A stretch of DNA of 64,000 nt from an uncultured Candidatus Saccharibacteria bacterium (GCA_964601615.1 CAZRNZ010000002.1:7929-71928); one strand, 5' to 3'; shown: positions 37,055 through 45,817, counted from the stretch's first letter. Numbers and translations: made by a program. Notes: generated from the letters alone by a model not told the origin.

Positions 37055-38368
37055 CTAGAACAAATCATCGGAAGTTACGGAAGTCTGTCTTTTGTTGTAG
37101 TTTATTGAACGCTTATCAAAGAAGTCTACATGCTTTGTAGCAATTACTTCATCATCAAACCATTCTGTCTGCTCCAGCAATTCTTCATCTACTGAAAAAA
37201 CTGGCGACATTCCAATAGATTTTAAGGAATTATTGAGGCGATTCTTAACAAACTCTTTTACTTGTTCCTTTGGAATAAAATCAAGCTCGCCAGCTTCGAA
37301 AATCCAATCAACAATAGAGCTTTCGGCCTGGTAAGCCTCGACACACATCATACGTACCGTCTCACGATGTGATTCATCAAACCATTCTGGATGTTCAGCT
37401 CTAATTATATTAATTATATCAATACCAAACATACCGTGAATCTGCTCTTCTTTTGAAGTTGCCTCTACTGCATTTGATATACCTTTAAATAAGTTCTTAT
37501 GCTTATTAAACGACATCATGATTAAGAACTGTGAAAATAATGACACGTGTTCAATAAATAATGAGAAAAGTAAGACAGCCTGTGAATACTCACGCATTTC
37601 TCCAGTCTTTGAGAATGAAATTACTTTGTCGAGATATTCGACACGCTTCTTAATGACCGGCACATCAGTAAGTTTTTTAAACTCATCATTCAGACCAAGA
37701 ATTTCTAACAAATGTGCGTAAGCATCCATATGACGCACTTCTGATTCAGCAAAAGTAAAACCAACAGCACCAATTTCAGGCTTTGGCATACGTCCATAAA
37801 TATTTCCCCAAAAACTCTTTACAGCTACTTCAATCTGAGCAATTGCAAGCATAGTACGCTTAATCGCTTCCCTTTCAGCATCACCAACGCGAGTTTTAAA
37901 ATCATCAATGTCACGCATGTAATTAAACTCAGTATGTAACCAATACGAATGACGAATAGCTGTTACATATTCATATAATTCTGGATATTCATAAGGCTTT
38001 AGATTTGCTCGCTTATGAAAAATGTCACGCTGACGGAATTTTTTGCGATCTGCTCGATACAAAATATAAGACTTTGCAGTCTCGTAAAAACCAAGTTCCA
38101 TCAGAGAAGCTTCTACCAAGTCCTGAATTTCTTCAACTGTTGGATAACCATCCACACATTTACCATAGTAATGATCCCCTGGCTCGGCTGAACCAGCAGA
38201 AACGCACATAGAAATTATTTTATTGTGCACCAATGAAGATACTTTATTGGCCTCCTCTTTATTTCCTTCGTTAGTTTCATTAAAAGCCTTTAAGACAGCT
38301 GATTCTATTTTGTTAATTTTAAAATCAACAACTGAGCCGTCTCTTTTTCGAATCTGAACGATCTCCAT
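37055..38368 (-). CDS. nrdB: Class I ribonucleotide reductase beta (R2) subunit with N-terminal ATP-cone
   Basis: N-terminal VQIRKRDGSVVDFKINKIESAVLKAF (ATP-cone); ferritin-like diiron motifs FAESEVRHMDAY, SKEEQIHGMFG; C-terminal TSDDLF R1-binding tail. Confidence 0.8.
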   Translation of the reverse strand: MEIVQIRKRDGSVVDFKINKIESAVLKAFNETNEGNKEEANKVSSLVHNKIISMCVSAGSAEPGDHYYGKCVDGYPTVEEIQDLVEASLMELGFYETAKSYILYRADRKKFRQRDIFHKRANLKPYEYPELYEYVTAIRHSYWLHTEFNYMRDIDDFKTRVGDAEREAIKRTMLAIAQIEVAVKSFWGNIYGRMPKPEIGAVGFTFAESEVRHMDAYAHLLEILGLNDEFKKLTDVPVIKKRVEYLDKVISFSKTGEMREYSQAVLLFSLFIEHVSLFSQFLIMMSFNKHKNLFKGISNAVEATSKEEQIHGMFGIDIINIIRAEHPEWFDESHRETVRMMCVEAYQAESSIVDWIFEAGELDFIPKEQVKEFVKNRLNNSLKSIGMSPVFSVDEELLEQTEWFDDEVIATKHVDFFDKRSINYNKRQTSVTSDDLF

Positions 38369-38480
38369 AAAATAAGTAAATAATTTCTGATAAAGAATAC
38401 CGCTAATGCGGTAAAAGTAACTTGATTATAACAAACCCTATACATCACACTCAAATAATAGCTATGATGCGACACATAAA

Positions 38481-38513
38481 TAAAGAAAGACAACCCTTTG
38501 GGTTGTCTTTCTT
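38481..38513 (-). terminator. Intrinsic terminator after mscL
   Basis: aaagaaagacaaccctttgggttgtctttcttt. Confidence 0.7.
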
Positions 38514-38535
38514 TATAAATAAACGTTATTTCAAC

Positions 38536-38934
38536 CTATTTCTTCAAAGAATCGCGAATTTCACGCAGAAGCAACACCTCCTCTGCTGGTTCCACTACTT
38601 GCTCTTTCTCTGGCTTTTCTTCCTCTTTTCGCTCTAACGCACTCATGAGCTTGATGGCAACAAACACAGATAAAGCAATCAGTATAAAATCAAAAACAGA
38701 TTGCAAGAATACTCCGTAAGAAACAGTAGCTTCACCAATGGTTAATGTAAGACCCTTAAGATCAACACCACCCGTCATAATACCGATAAGTGGCATGATG
38801 ATGTTTTCTACCAACGAAGACACAATCTTATTAAAGGCCGTACCCACAACTACAGCAACTGCCAAATCAATTACATTACCCTTTAGGGCAAAAGCCTTAA
38901 ACTCCGCTACAAAACCTTTTGCTTTATCTCTCAT
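38536..38934 (-). CDS. mscL: Large-conductance mechanosensitive channel
   Basis: [37 protein letters not shown]. Confidence 0.9.
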   Translation of the reverse strand: MRDKAKGFVAEFKAFALKGNVIDLAVAVVVGTAFNKIVSSLVENIIMPLIGIMTGGVDLKGLTLTIGEATVSYGVFLQSVFDFILIALSVFVAIKLMSALERKEEEKPEKEQVVEPAEEVLLLREIRDSLKK

Positions 38935-38945
38935 ATTTCTAACTT

Positions 38946-40073
38946 TTAATGATTATGGTGATGATGATAATGCTCCAAATCAATACTGTCTACTCCCTTC
39001 TTACTAAACCACCAAGCTGCCACAATCGAAGTAAGTGGCACCGCCATAATCAAACCAATCGAACCGATTAAAATTCTTACCATTTCTGCTGAAATAACTT
39101 CCTGATTCAAAGTGAAATAAAGTGGTGCTGTACTAGTAGAAAATAACAAAACCAAAGGAAGTGCAGCACCAACATACGCGAGAGCCAGAGTATTTACTAA
39201 AGAACTAATATGATCCCTACCCACCTTTACTGCACTTGAATACAATTCAAGTGCTGATAATTTTGGGTTCGCTTTTTTTAATTCACCAACCACCGAAACC
39301 TGCGTGACACAAATATCATCTAAAACTCCTAATACACCAATAACGATACTTCCGAGTAGTAATCCTGCTAAATCTAATTCTCCACGCGTGGCAAAATTTA
39401 AATAAACAGTTACATCATCACCATATCCAGACAAACGTAAAAAGCCCACAAAAAACCAAGCCAAAATTGTTGTAAGTAAAACTGCCGAAACTGTTCCCAA
39501 ATAAGCAATGGTCGGAACTGGACCAAAACCATGAGTACCAAACAGCGCTACCGCTAAAATCACTGCAGAAATAAGCAAGCTCATAAGCATGGGGTCATAC
39601 CCAGCCAACAGCGCTGGCAACAACACGAATACAATTCCTGCTAGAGAAACCGCTAATGAAAAAAGTGCCCGCACACCCTGTCTACCACTAAAAATCAGCA
39701 AAGCTGCCACGAAAATTAGGAAAAGTATCAATAAGCCAAATCCCCTATCAACATCTTTTAAAACATAGATGTCTGTACCGTTTATATCGCGGATATGTGT
39801 AACATAAATTTTGTCACCTGCTGACAAAGTAAATAAATCACTTTCGAACAAAACGATATCACCCGAATGTTCACCCTCATATAATCTGGCACGCAAAGTT
39901 TGCACTGTGGCTATTGCATCAGTTCCTGTTATCAATTCCTGCCTTTCGGAAACCACCTCAACTACCTCTGCCGCTACAATATCCTGCACGGCTTCGTAAG
40001 CAGTTTGAGCACTGACATTATTGAAAGAAAATAATGTCAAAAACAGACCTCCTAATAAAAATATTTTATTCAT
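38946..40073 (-). CDS. YibE/F-family polytopic membrane protein with C-terminal His-rich tail
   Basis: 375 aa, signal peptide, about 8 TM helices, ends HYHHHHNH. Confidence 0.55.
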   Translation of the reverse strand: MNKIFLLGGLFLTLFSFNNVSAQTAYEAVQDIVAAEVVEVVSERQELITGTDAIATVQTLRARLYEGEHSGDIVLFESDLFTLSAGDKIYVTHIRDINGTDIYVLKDVDRGFGLLILFLIFVAALLIFSGRQGVRALFSLAVSLAGIVFVLLPALLAGYDPMLMSLLISAVILAVALFGTHGFGPVPTIAYLGTVSAVLLTTILAWFFVGFLRLSGYGDDVTVYLNFATRGELDLAGLLLGSIVIGVLGVLDDICVTQVSVVGELKKANPKLSALELYSSAVKVGRDHISSLVNTLALAYVGAALPLVLLFSTSTAPLYFTLNQEVISAEMVRILIGSIGLIMAVPLTSIVAAWWFSKKGVDSIDLEHYHHHHNH

Positions 40074-40141
40074 CTTGATTATAACTATACCAAAAATAAT
40101 TTTCAGACATCTAAAAAGTATTTTGACTTACCTTAATAGAC

Positions 40142-40180
40142 CTGATATCTTAACGCAAATAATTAGCATTAAGATATCAG
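40142..40180. promoter_or_regulatory. Perfect 12-bp inverted repeat (ctgatatcttaa N15 ttaagatatcag) abutting the ZIP transporter start codon; candidate metalloregulator operator or RBS-masking hairpin
   Basis: Read directly from sequence; ends 1 nt before ATG at 40182. Confidence 0.3.
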
Positions 40181-40181
40181 T

Positions 40182-41003
40182 ATGTTTTTTGAGGCCATTT
40201 TAGCTGCCACTGCAATCGCACTATGTTCCCTGGTTGGCGCTTTATTTTTTGGAAATAATCGTAAACTAGGTGACGCTGAAAAATACATAATCCCAATTGC
40301 GGTTGGCGTTTTTCTCTCACTGGTTTTATTTGAATTAATTCCAGAAACAATCGAAGCCAACCATACTTGGGGCGGAATCGTTGTAGCAATTGGTTTTATT
40401 ATGTTTTATGTACTTTCCTATGTTTTACATAATTATTTCCACACCAGAAATCTAGAGGATAAAGATTGTGACAAGAAAGGCGCTGCGAATTTGATTTTGA
40501 TTGGTGACACTATTCACAACTTTGCTGACGGAGTTATTTTGGGTTCAGCATTCTTAATTGATCCAACACTAGGTTTTGCTGTAGCTATTGGACTAGCTTT
40601 ACACGAAATTCCTCAAGAGATTGTGGAATTTGGCATACTTATTAGAGGTGGATATTCTAAAATAGAAGCGATAATAAGAAATCTATTTTCGGCTTCTTCT
40701 ATCATTATTGGAACAATCATTACTTTACTACTAGCTGATTTTGCCAACGAATATGTTTGGATTATTACAGGTATCGCTGCAGGAAATATTCTATATATTG
40801 CTGCTACTGACCTTCTACCAAGAATCCACGGTAATTTAAATAAGCACAATAAATTCTGGCTAACATTAATTATGCTTATCGGTGGTTTCGTAGCTATGAC
40901 CACAATAATCTCTTATGCTCACAATAATTTTGGACACCATAGTGAACTAGAGTACAGAGACCATGCTCATGAAGAAGATGAACACAATCACGGAGATCAT
41001 TAA
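40182..41003 (+). CDS. ZIP-family divalent metal (zinc) transporter with His-rich C-terminus
   Basis: HEIPQEIVEFGILIRGG, NFADGVILG; ends HHSELEYRDHAHEEDEHNHGDH. Confidence 0.8.
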   Translation: MFFEAILAATAIALCSLVGALFFGNNRKLGDAEKYIIPIAVGVFLSLVLFELIPETIEANHTWGGIVVAIGFIMFYVLSYVLHNYFHTRNLEDKDCDKKGAANLILIGDTIHNFADGVILGSAFLIDPTLGFAVAIGLALHEIPQEIVEFGILIRGGYSKIEAIIRNLFSASSIIIGTIITLLLADFANEYVWIITGIAAGNILYIAATDLLPRIHGNLNKHNKFWLTLIMLIGGFVAMTTIISYAHNNFGHHSELEYRDHAHEEDEHNHGDH

Positions 41004-41173
41004 AAGATAAATCCTGCCAAATAAAAACCTACGGCAGTACCGAGTAGAAAAAGTAAAAAAATAGCTAGTCTTCTTCCTTCATTGTCCATATTAAATCAAT
41101 TATACTCGACTTTTTGGGCAAAACTAGGTATAACTATGCGGCACAAGACCTTCGGTCTTGTGCCGCAACTCAT

Positions 41174-41247
41174 GGCGGCTATGGTGTAGTGGTAACACGT
41201 TAGTTTGTGGCACTGAAATCTCGGGTTCAATTCCCGATAGCCGCCCA
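41174..41247 (+). tRNA. tRNA-His (anticodon GTG)
   Basis: Cloverleaf GGCGGCUAUGGUGUAGUGGUAACACG...anticodon loop UUGUGGC...UUCAAUUCCCGAUAGCCGCCC; CCA not fully encoded. Confidence 0.8.
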
Positions 41248-41300
41248 GATACAAAAGGACCAGACATAAATATGTCTGGTCCTTTTGTATCTGGGCGGCT
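41239..41300. repeat. Perfect palindrome (29-bp arms, 4-nt loop) starting inside the tRNA-His 3' acceptor strand
   Basis: agccgcccagatacaaaaggaccagacat aaat atgtctggtccttttgtatctgggcggct. Confidence 0.8.
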
Positions 41301-41366
41301 CTATCCCCTGTAATTCAATCCATAAAATTAAGAGACGAGTTATAATCAAAGAGAAATAATAAAAAT

Positions 41367-41912
41367 ATGACAGCATCAAACGAACCAAAAGTATTATTCT
41401 CCTTGATAGTTCCACTATCACCAGATACAGAAAGATTTGATGGACACATAGCCAATGTTTGTTCAGTATTAGATGACCACATTCCAAACTGTTACGAAAT
41501 TGTTGCAATCGATGGTAAAGGTAAGGATGTGCCAGAAAACGAATGGGAGGCAGTTAAAGGTGAGGTTTTGGTAATAATAGATGGTAATCTTGATCAAAAA
41601 CCAGCAACCTTATCTGATGTAATAAATGCTTTCAATGATGGTTCAGACATGGCCTTTGCTGAACAGTACAGAGAGGGACAAAAGAAAGACAGACCAGAAC
41701 TTAGTTACTTTGGTGTCCGACGCTCTTCCCTCCCAAGACTCCATCATTCTCCTAAGGGATACCAATTGATTGTAGAGATACTTGGTTCAGAAACGATAGA
41801 TAAACTATCTAATGACCCTAGTGCCATCTCAGGAAACTACATTCTAAAAAACTTAAAGAAAGTTATCGGTGTCCAACCAACCGAAGAAACAAAAACAACA
41901 AAGACTGCTTAA
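41367..41912 (+). CDS. Glycosyltransferase family 2-like (DPM1-like) protein, short or truncated
   Basis: LFSLIVPLSPDTE...YEIVAIDGKGKD and VLVIIDGNLDQKP (DxD-like) GT-A motifs; 181 aa. Confidence 0.45.
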   Translation: MTASNEPKVLFSLIVPLSPDTERFDGHIANVCSVLDDHIPNCYEIVAIDGKGKDVPENEWEAVKGEVLVIIDGNLDQKPATLSDVINAFNDGSDMAFAEQYREGQKKDRPELSYFGVRRSSLPRLHHSPKGYQLIVEILGSETIDKLSNDPSAISGNYILKNLKKVIGVQPTEETKTTKTA

Positions 41913-41932
41913 GCAGTCTTTGTTTTTAATTT
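41913..41932 (+). terminator. Intrinsic terminator
   Basis: aagactgcttaagcagtctt + tgttttt. Confidence 0.6.
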
Positions 41933-41933
41933 A

Positions 41934-41949
41934 TGTGCCCAGGAGAGGA
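41934..41949. repeat. 15-16 nt direct repeat of the tRNA-Leu 3' end (gtgcccaggagagga), 146 bp from the gene copy
   Basis: Identical to 42080-42094. Confidence 0.6.
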
Positions 41950-42080
41950 ATCTTTCTCCTTACAGGAGCGGTGCGGCGTTTGGATATTTTATTCTCTATC
42001 GCTCATAAAATACCTCAAACCGGCCTTCAAATCCTCTGCCCATAGAAAAAGCCCGACATGGAGTCGGACTTTTCTATGGG

Positions 42081-42162
42081 TGCCCAGGAGAGGACTTGAA
42101 CCTCCACACCTTGCGGCATATCCACCTCAAGGATACGTGTATACCAATTTCACCACCTGGGC
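42081..42162 (-). tRNA. tRNA-Leu (anticodon GAG), type II with long variable arm
   Basis: rc: GCCCAGGUGGUGAAAUUGGUAUACACGUAUCCUUGAGGUGGAUAUGCCGCAAGGUGUGGAGGUUCAAGUCCUCUCCUGGGCA. Confidence 0.8.
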
Positions 42163-42209
42163 ATCGGACACGAATTGTACGCAAGATTTATTTTATTTAC
42201 AAGTACAAA

Positions 42210-42241
42210 GAAAAAGGGCGCGCCTACGGCGCGCCCTTTTT
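42210..42241 (-). terminator. Intrinsic terminator after rplS
   Basis: aaaagggcgcgcctacggcgcgcccttttt. Confidence 0.7.
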
Positions 42242-42254
42242 CAATGCTTCACAA

Positions 42255-42776
42255 CTACTTAGTTTCTTCTGTAGTTACAGTCTCTTCAACCGGAGTTGAT
42301 TCTACTGCTTTCTGTGCTTCTTCCTCAGCCTTTAGAGCAGCTTCTTCTGCCGCCTTAGCTTCCTGTTCAGCACGAGCCGCTATTGCCATCTCACTTTCAG
42401 TACCGAAAGATACGATAGACATACGACGCATTTGACGCTTAATTTCACGAGCCACCTTCTCACGAATAAAGTAAAGCTTTGCTCGACGAACCTTAGAACG
42501 TTTAACGATTTCAATCTTATCGATAAGTGGAGAGTATAGAGGGTAAATCTTCTCTACCCCAACTCCGCTGGCTACCTTACGAACTGTAAACGTAGCTCCT
42601 GGCTCATCACCATGCTTGCGAGCCAAAACAAGTCCTTCAAAAATCTGAATACGAGTTTTGCCCTTTTCTTCAATCTTCTGGTGAACACGAACAGTGTCAC
42701 CTGGGCGAATACCCAGTTCCTTGCGTCCAGCCATATCGACTGGAGATATATTAATGCCTGTAAGAGTAGAATTCAT
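42255..42776 (-). CDS. rplS: 50S ribosomal protein L19 with Ala/Glu-rich C-terminal extension
   Basis: L19 core [31 protein letters not shown]...[18 protein letters not shown] + about 55-aa [15 protein letters not shown] tail. Confidence 0.85.
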   Translation of the reverse strand: MNSTLTGINISPVDMAGRKELGIRPGDTVRVHQKIEEKGKTRIQIFEGLVLARKHGDEPGATFTVRKVASGVGVEKIYPLYSPLIDKIEIVKRSKVRRAKLYFIREKVAREIKRQMRRMSIVSFGTESEMAIAARAEQEAKAAEEAALKAEEEAQKAVESTPVEETVTTEETK

Positions 42777-42821
42777 AAATTTAACCTTAAAAGTGGGCGT
42801 ACTCTAACATAGCCACAGACT

Positions 42822-43562
42822 TTACGCAATCTTATCTATTGCTGACTGGATGCTTTCTGGAATATCAGCCGTAAAACTAACCTCCCTTCCGTCCATTAAA
42901 TTAAAGGTTATTTTATGAGAATGTAGTGCCAACCTAGTCATTTCTAGATTATTTGAGGTATGAATTTTATCATTTGCATACAAAACATCTCCCACAATCG
43001 GACGACTAATAGATTTTAAATGAACACGAAGCTGATGCATGCGACCAGTTTTTGGTCTGAGTTTAAGGTAAGAAAAAACCTCACCATCATACTCACCAGA
43101 GGATAAAGCCTCCCACTCAGTAACAGCCTCACGCATTAAACCTTTTGCTCCCTTATCAGCAGATCGCTTACGCCAGTCATTTGGACTACGACCAATAGAG
43201 CGATTAATAGTTCCCCACTTATCTTTCATCTTTCCATAAACTAAGGCTCGATATTCTTTTTTTACCAAACGATCTTTAAATTGTTTTTTAAGGTAATCAA
43301 AGATATCTTGATTCTTAGCCAAAACCATCATACCAGAAGTGTCCCTATCTAAACGATGAACAATTCCACTCCGCTCAATTTCCTTACCATCTTTACCAAT
43401 GCGCGGCTCGCCCACCCCTTGAGCTTCTGGACTACGTTCCAAAAACCACTCCACCAAAGTTCCCTTTGCGTCAGCTCCATCGCTGTGCACAAATAAACCA
43501 CTTGGTTTATTTACTACCAAAATATCCTTATCTTCGTAAATTATTTCTGTTTCCATAATCAA
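42822..43562 (-). CDS. RluA-family pseudouridine synthase
   Basis: HRLDRDTSGMMVLAKN catalytic Asp motif. Confidence 0.8.
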   Translation of the reverse strand: MIMETEIIYEDKDILVVNKPSGLFVHSDGADAKGTLVEWFLERSPEAQGVGEPRIGKDGKEIERSGIVHRLDRDTSGMMVLAKNQDIFDYLKKQFKDRLVKKEYRALVYGKMKDKWGTINRSIGRSPNDWRKRSADKGAKGLMREAVTEWEALSSGEYDGEVFSYLKLRPKTGRMHQLRVHLKSISRPIVGDVLYANDKIHTSNNLEMTRLALHSHKITFNLMDGREVSFTADIPESIQSAIDKIA

Positions 43563-43831
43563 TGTCTGATAGAAAAATCATCATAAAGTCGACTAACCGA
43601 ACGCCACTCTACATCAACCCCATCAACCCGCGATAGTGCTGAACCTTCGTGTAAGTATTCTACAAAATCCTTCAGCAGAAGCGGTTCAGCTTGCGCCACA
43701 ACCTCCACAGTACCATCAGAAAGATTCTTTACATAACCAGCAATACTGAGTTCATCAGCAGAATCCTGTACATAAGCTCGATAAGCAACATTCTGTACTT
43801 TCCCAGAAATTAAACAACGCATTTCAATCAT
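43559..43831 (-). CDS. acyP: Acylphosphatase; start trimmed to MIEMRC, as the longer ORF runs through tRNA-Val
   Basis: ISGKVQNVAYRAYVQ...GYVKNLSDGTVEVVAQ acylphosphatase signatures. Confidence 0.65.
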   Translation of the reverse strand: MIEMRCLISGKVQNVAYRAYVQDSADELSIAGYVKNLSDGTVEVVAQAEPLLLKDFVEYLHEGSALSRVDGVDVEWRSVSRLYDDFSIRH

Positions 43832-43893
43832 GAAATTAAAGTATATAACAATATATTGAAAAAATTCTAAAAAGATGTAATATTCTATCTGGC

Positions 43894-43966
43894 GGGCGAT
43901 TAGCTCAGTTGGTAGAGCAGCGCTTTTACACAGCGAAGGTCGGGGGTTCAAATCCCTCATCGCCCA
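43894..43966 (+). tRNA. tRNA-Val (anticodon TAC)
   Basis: GGGCGAUUAGCUCAGUUGGUAGAGCAGCGCUUUUACACAGCGAAGGUCGGGGGUUCAAAUCCCUCAUCGCCCA. Confidence 0.75.
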
Positions 43967-44100
43967 CATATAAATTGTCGTAAGTTGGAGAAATCTAAAC
44001 TTACGACTTTTTATTTTTTAGTAATCCACCTTTCTGTCTTTATCGGAGAGTGGAAAGGTACTAAAATTAGTTCAGAAATCACTTTACTTAGGAGGAAGAA

Positions 44101-44268
44101 GTGATAGAGACTCCACAAGGAGACCCAAATGAGGTTCTTATTAATACACTTCCAGAAAACCAGGAGGAGGAGGAAACAATCGAGGAACTTGCCGAAGTCG
44201 CCAGTTCCAGCGACGAAAAACGTCAGAGAGAGATTTCTAAACGTATTCAATACCTCCCCGGTTGGTAA
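44101..44268 (+). CDS. Unannotated 55-aa acidic protein (GTG start)
   Basis: aggagg SD 6 nt before GTG; VIETPQGDPNEVLINTLPENQEEEETIEELAEVASSSDEKRQREISKRIQYLPGW; own terminator. Confidence 0.4.
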   Translation: MIETPQGDPNEVLINTLPENQEEEETIEELAEVASSSDEKRQREISKRIQYLPGW

Positions 44269-44275
44269 TTACTAA

Positions 44276-44310
44276 AGAAGAAACGCCGACAAAATGTCGG
44301 CGTTTTATAT
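44276..44310 (+). terminator. Intrinsic terminator
   Basis: aagaaacgccgacaaaatgtcggcgtttt. Confidence 0.7.
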
Positions 44311-44365
44311 AAGTTTAAAAATTTTTGATAATCTGGTATTGTATCCCTGTTCAAAGGAACAAATT

Positions 44366-44437
44366 GCCCCTGTAGTTAAATGGATATAACTGCGGACTTC
44401 TAAGCCGTTATTCGAGGTTCGATTCCTCGCGGGGGCA
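44366..44437 (+). tRNA. tRNA-Arg (anticodon TCT)
   Basis: GCCCCUGUAGUUAAAUGGAUAUAACUGCGGACUUCUAAGCCGUUAUUCGAGGUUCGAUUCCUCGCGGGGGCA. Confidence 0.7.
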
Positions 44438-44441
44438 CAAC

Positions 44442-44774
44442 TCATTCGATCTCAAAAACTTCTTCAGATTCGATATTTTCTAACTCGGAATCTGTACTAG
44501 TAGAAACATCTAAAATAACTTCGTCTCTTAGGGAAGACATTATTTCTTCTGATTTTGTTTTTCTATCTTCAAACTCACGGAGAATTTTCTCTAAATCTTT
44601 TCTGTCATATTCAGAATAAGTCCTACCCTCCTCCATTACAATAGATTCAATATTCTCCCAGTAGTTATATCTTTTTGTTGCATAAAAACCCACTACTGTA
44701 AGAGCAACCACAAAGAATATTAATAAGAAAAACCATTGACGCAAAATTTTTGATTGTTCAGTGACTTTTTTCAT
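44442..44774 (-). CDS. Small TM + acidic protein at the pilMNO operon end (possible PilP-like)
   Basis: 110 aa, single N-terminal TM, operon position after pilO. Confidence 0.3.
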   Translation of the reverse strand: MKKVTEQSKILRQWFFLLIFFVVALTVVGFYATKRYNYWENIESIVMEEGRTYSEYDRKDLEKILREFEDRKTKSEEIMSSLRDEVILDVSTSTDSELENIESEEVFEIE

Positions 44775-44777
44775 AAA

Positions 44778-45293
44778 TTATTCCTTTACACTAATACTTA
44801 ACAAAAAACTTGCTTCTGCTCCGCCTCCGTCTAAGCGAGACAACGAGAGACTGCTCATAGCTGAACGATACGGGAGTAATTCAAATAAGCGAATAACTTT
44901 TTCTACCGCAAGTCTTTCCCCTTTCACAGAAAAAGAAGCACTCAAATCATCAAATCCAACTTCACGAGTTTTATCTACCTTCAAACCAGTAGCAATGATG
45001 GAAACATTGGTTTTTAGAGCAACCTCATCAACAAAAGATAAAAACTTTACTGTGTCGCTTTCGGAAGCGAGGATTAGGTTATTTATTTCTTCTTCTACAT
45101 AAACCTGCCCATCTACCCCATTGTCACTCAAACCAGCCTGACGTAATTCCTCCCAAGTCTTAAATCTGACCAAGCTGTCACGAATATCTTCACCCTCACT
45201 TTCTTGAATCAAAATAATAGAAGCAGCAACACCAACAGCCACTACAAATAAACCGAGGGAGATGATTAAAAGTTTTGTAGCAGAATGATTCAT
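44778..45293 (-). CDS. pilO: Type IV pilus assembly protein PilO-like
   Basis: Single N-terminal TM + periplasmic domain, directly follows pilN. Confidence 0.45.
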   Translation of the reverse strand: MNHSATKLLIISLGLFVVAVGVAASIILIQESEGEDIRDSLVRFKTWEELRQAGLSDNGVDGQVYVEEEINNLILASESDTVKFLSFVDEVALKTNVSIIATGLKVDKTREVGFDDLSASFSVKGERLAVEKVIRLFELLPYRSAMSSLSLSRLDGGGAEASFLLSISVKE

Positions 45294-45297
45294 AACT

Positions 45298-45816
45298 TTA
45301 TTTTATGGTTAGAGTTATTGTAAATAAAGCATCTTTTTCATTTACAAGACTTGTGAGCGGCAACTCGACAGACGAGAAATCTTTTTCATTATTGAGACGG
45401 TCGCGAAAATCTGACAAATCAGTTCGAGTTGCCGCCCTACCAGTGATGGTAATCTTATTCTTACTGTCAAAAGAGAAGTTAGTTAAATAGACCCCTTCTC
45501 CTGCCAAAGTATCAATACGAGAAATTGTCTCTGAAAAATTAATTGTCTTACTTTTTGAATTGATATGAGTTATAAGAGTCTGTATCTTTACACTCTCTTC
45601 TTCCCTTTTCTTTCGACCATCCTCAACCTCTTCAGTAAACTCACCATCTTCTCTAATTGAGCTTAATTGATATTTTTGCAAGACTGAAACTGGCAAAGAA
45701 AATATAGCTAAAATAAATAACGCTAGCGCTGCAAAAATTAAAAATATTGAAAAGAAACGTAAAGACCTATCTCTCTTCAACTTCCTAGCTGCAATTGGAG
45801 GTAGTAAATCTGTCAT
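45298..45816 (-). CDS. pilN: Type IV pilus assembly protein PilN-like
   Basis: Short cytoplasmic N-terminus, TM, periplasmic coiled-coil domain; directly follows pilM with 1-nt gap. Confidence 0.5.
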   Translation of the reverse strand: MTDLLPPIAARKLKRDRSLRFFSIFLIFAALALFILAIFSLPVSVLQKYQLSSIREDGEFTEEVEDGRKKREEESVKIQTLITHINSKSKTINFSETISRIDTLAGEGVYLTNFSFDSKNKITITGRAATRTDLSDFRDRLNNEKDFSSVELPLTSLVNEKDALFTITLTIK

Positions 45817-45817
45817 A

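Noticed and set aside
41227-41508. 93-aa minus-strand ORF
   Set aside because: It overlaps tRNA-His and the 62-nt palindrome and is antisense to the 41367-41912 gene. It is low-complexity and has no start context.
41933-42435. Three overlapping plus-strand ORFs (41933-42262, 42096-42299, 42175-42435)
   Set aside because: They run through tRNA-Leu (minus), its terminator, and antisense to rplS. The Ala/Ser-rich product is the mirror of the L19 C-terminal extension.
43832-43969. Upstream extension of the acylphosphatase ORF (track start 43969)
   Set aside because: The extension reads through the tRNA-Val gene on the opposite strand, and MWAMRDLNPRPSLCKSAALPTELIAR is a tRNA antisense translation. 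The start was moved to MIEMRC at 43831.
44011-44250. 79-aa minus-strand ORF
   Set aside because: It is antisense to a better-supported plus-strand small gene with SD and terminator, and has no signals of its own.
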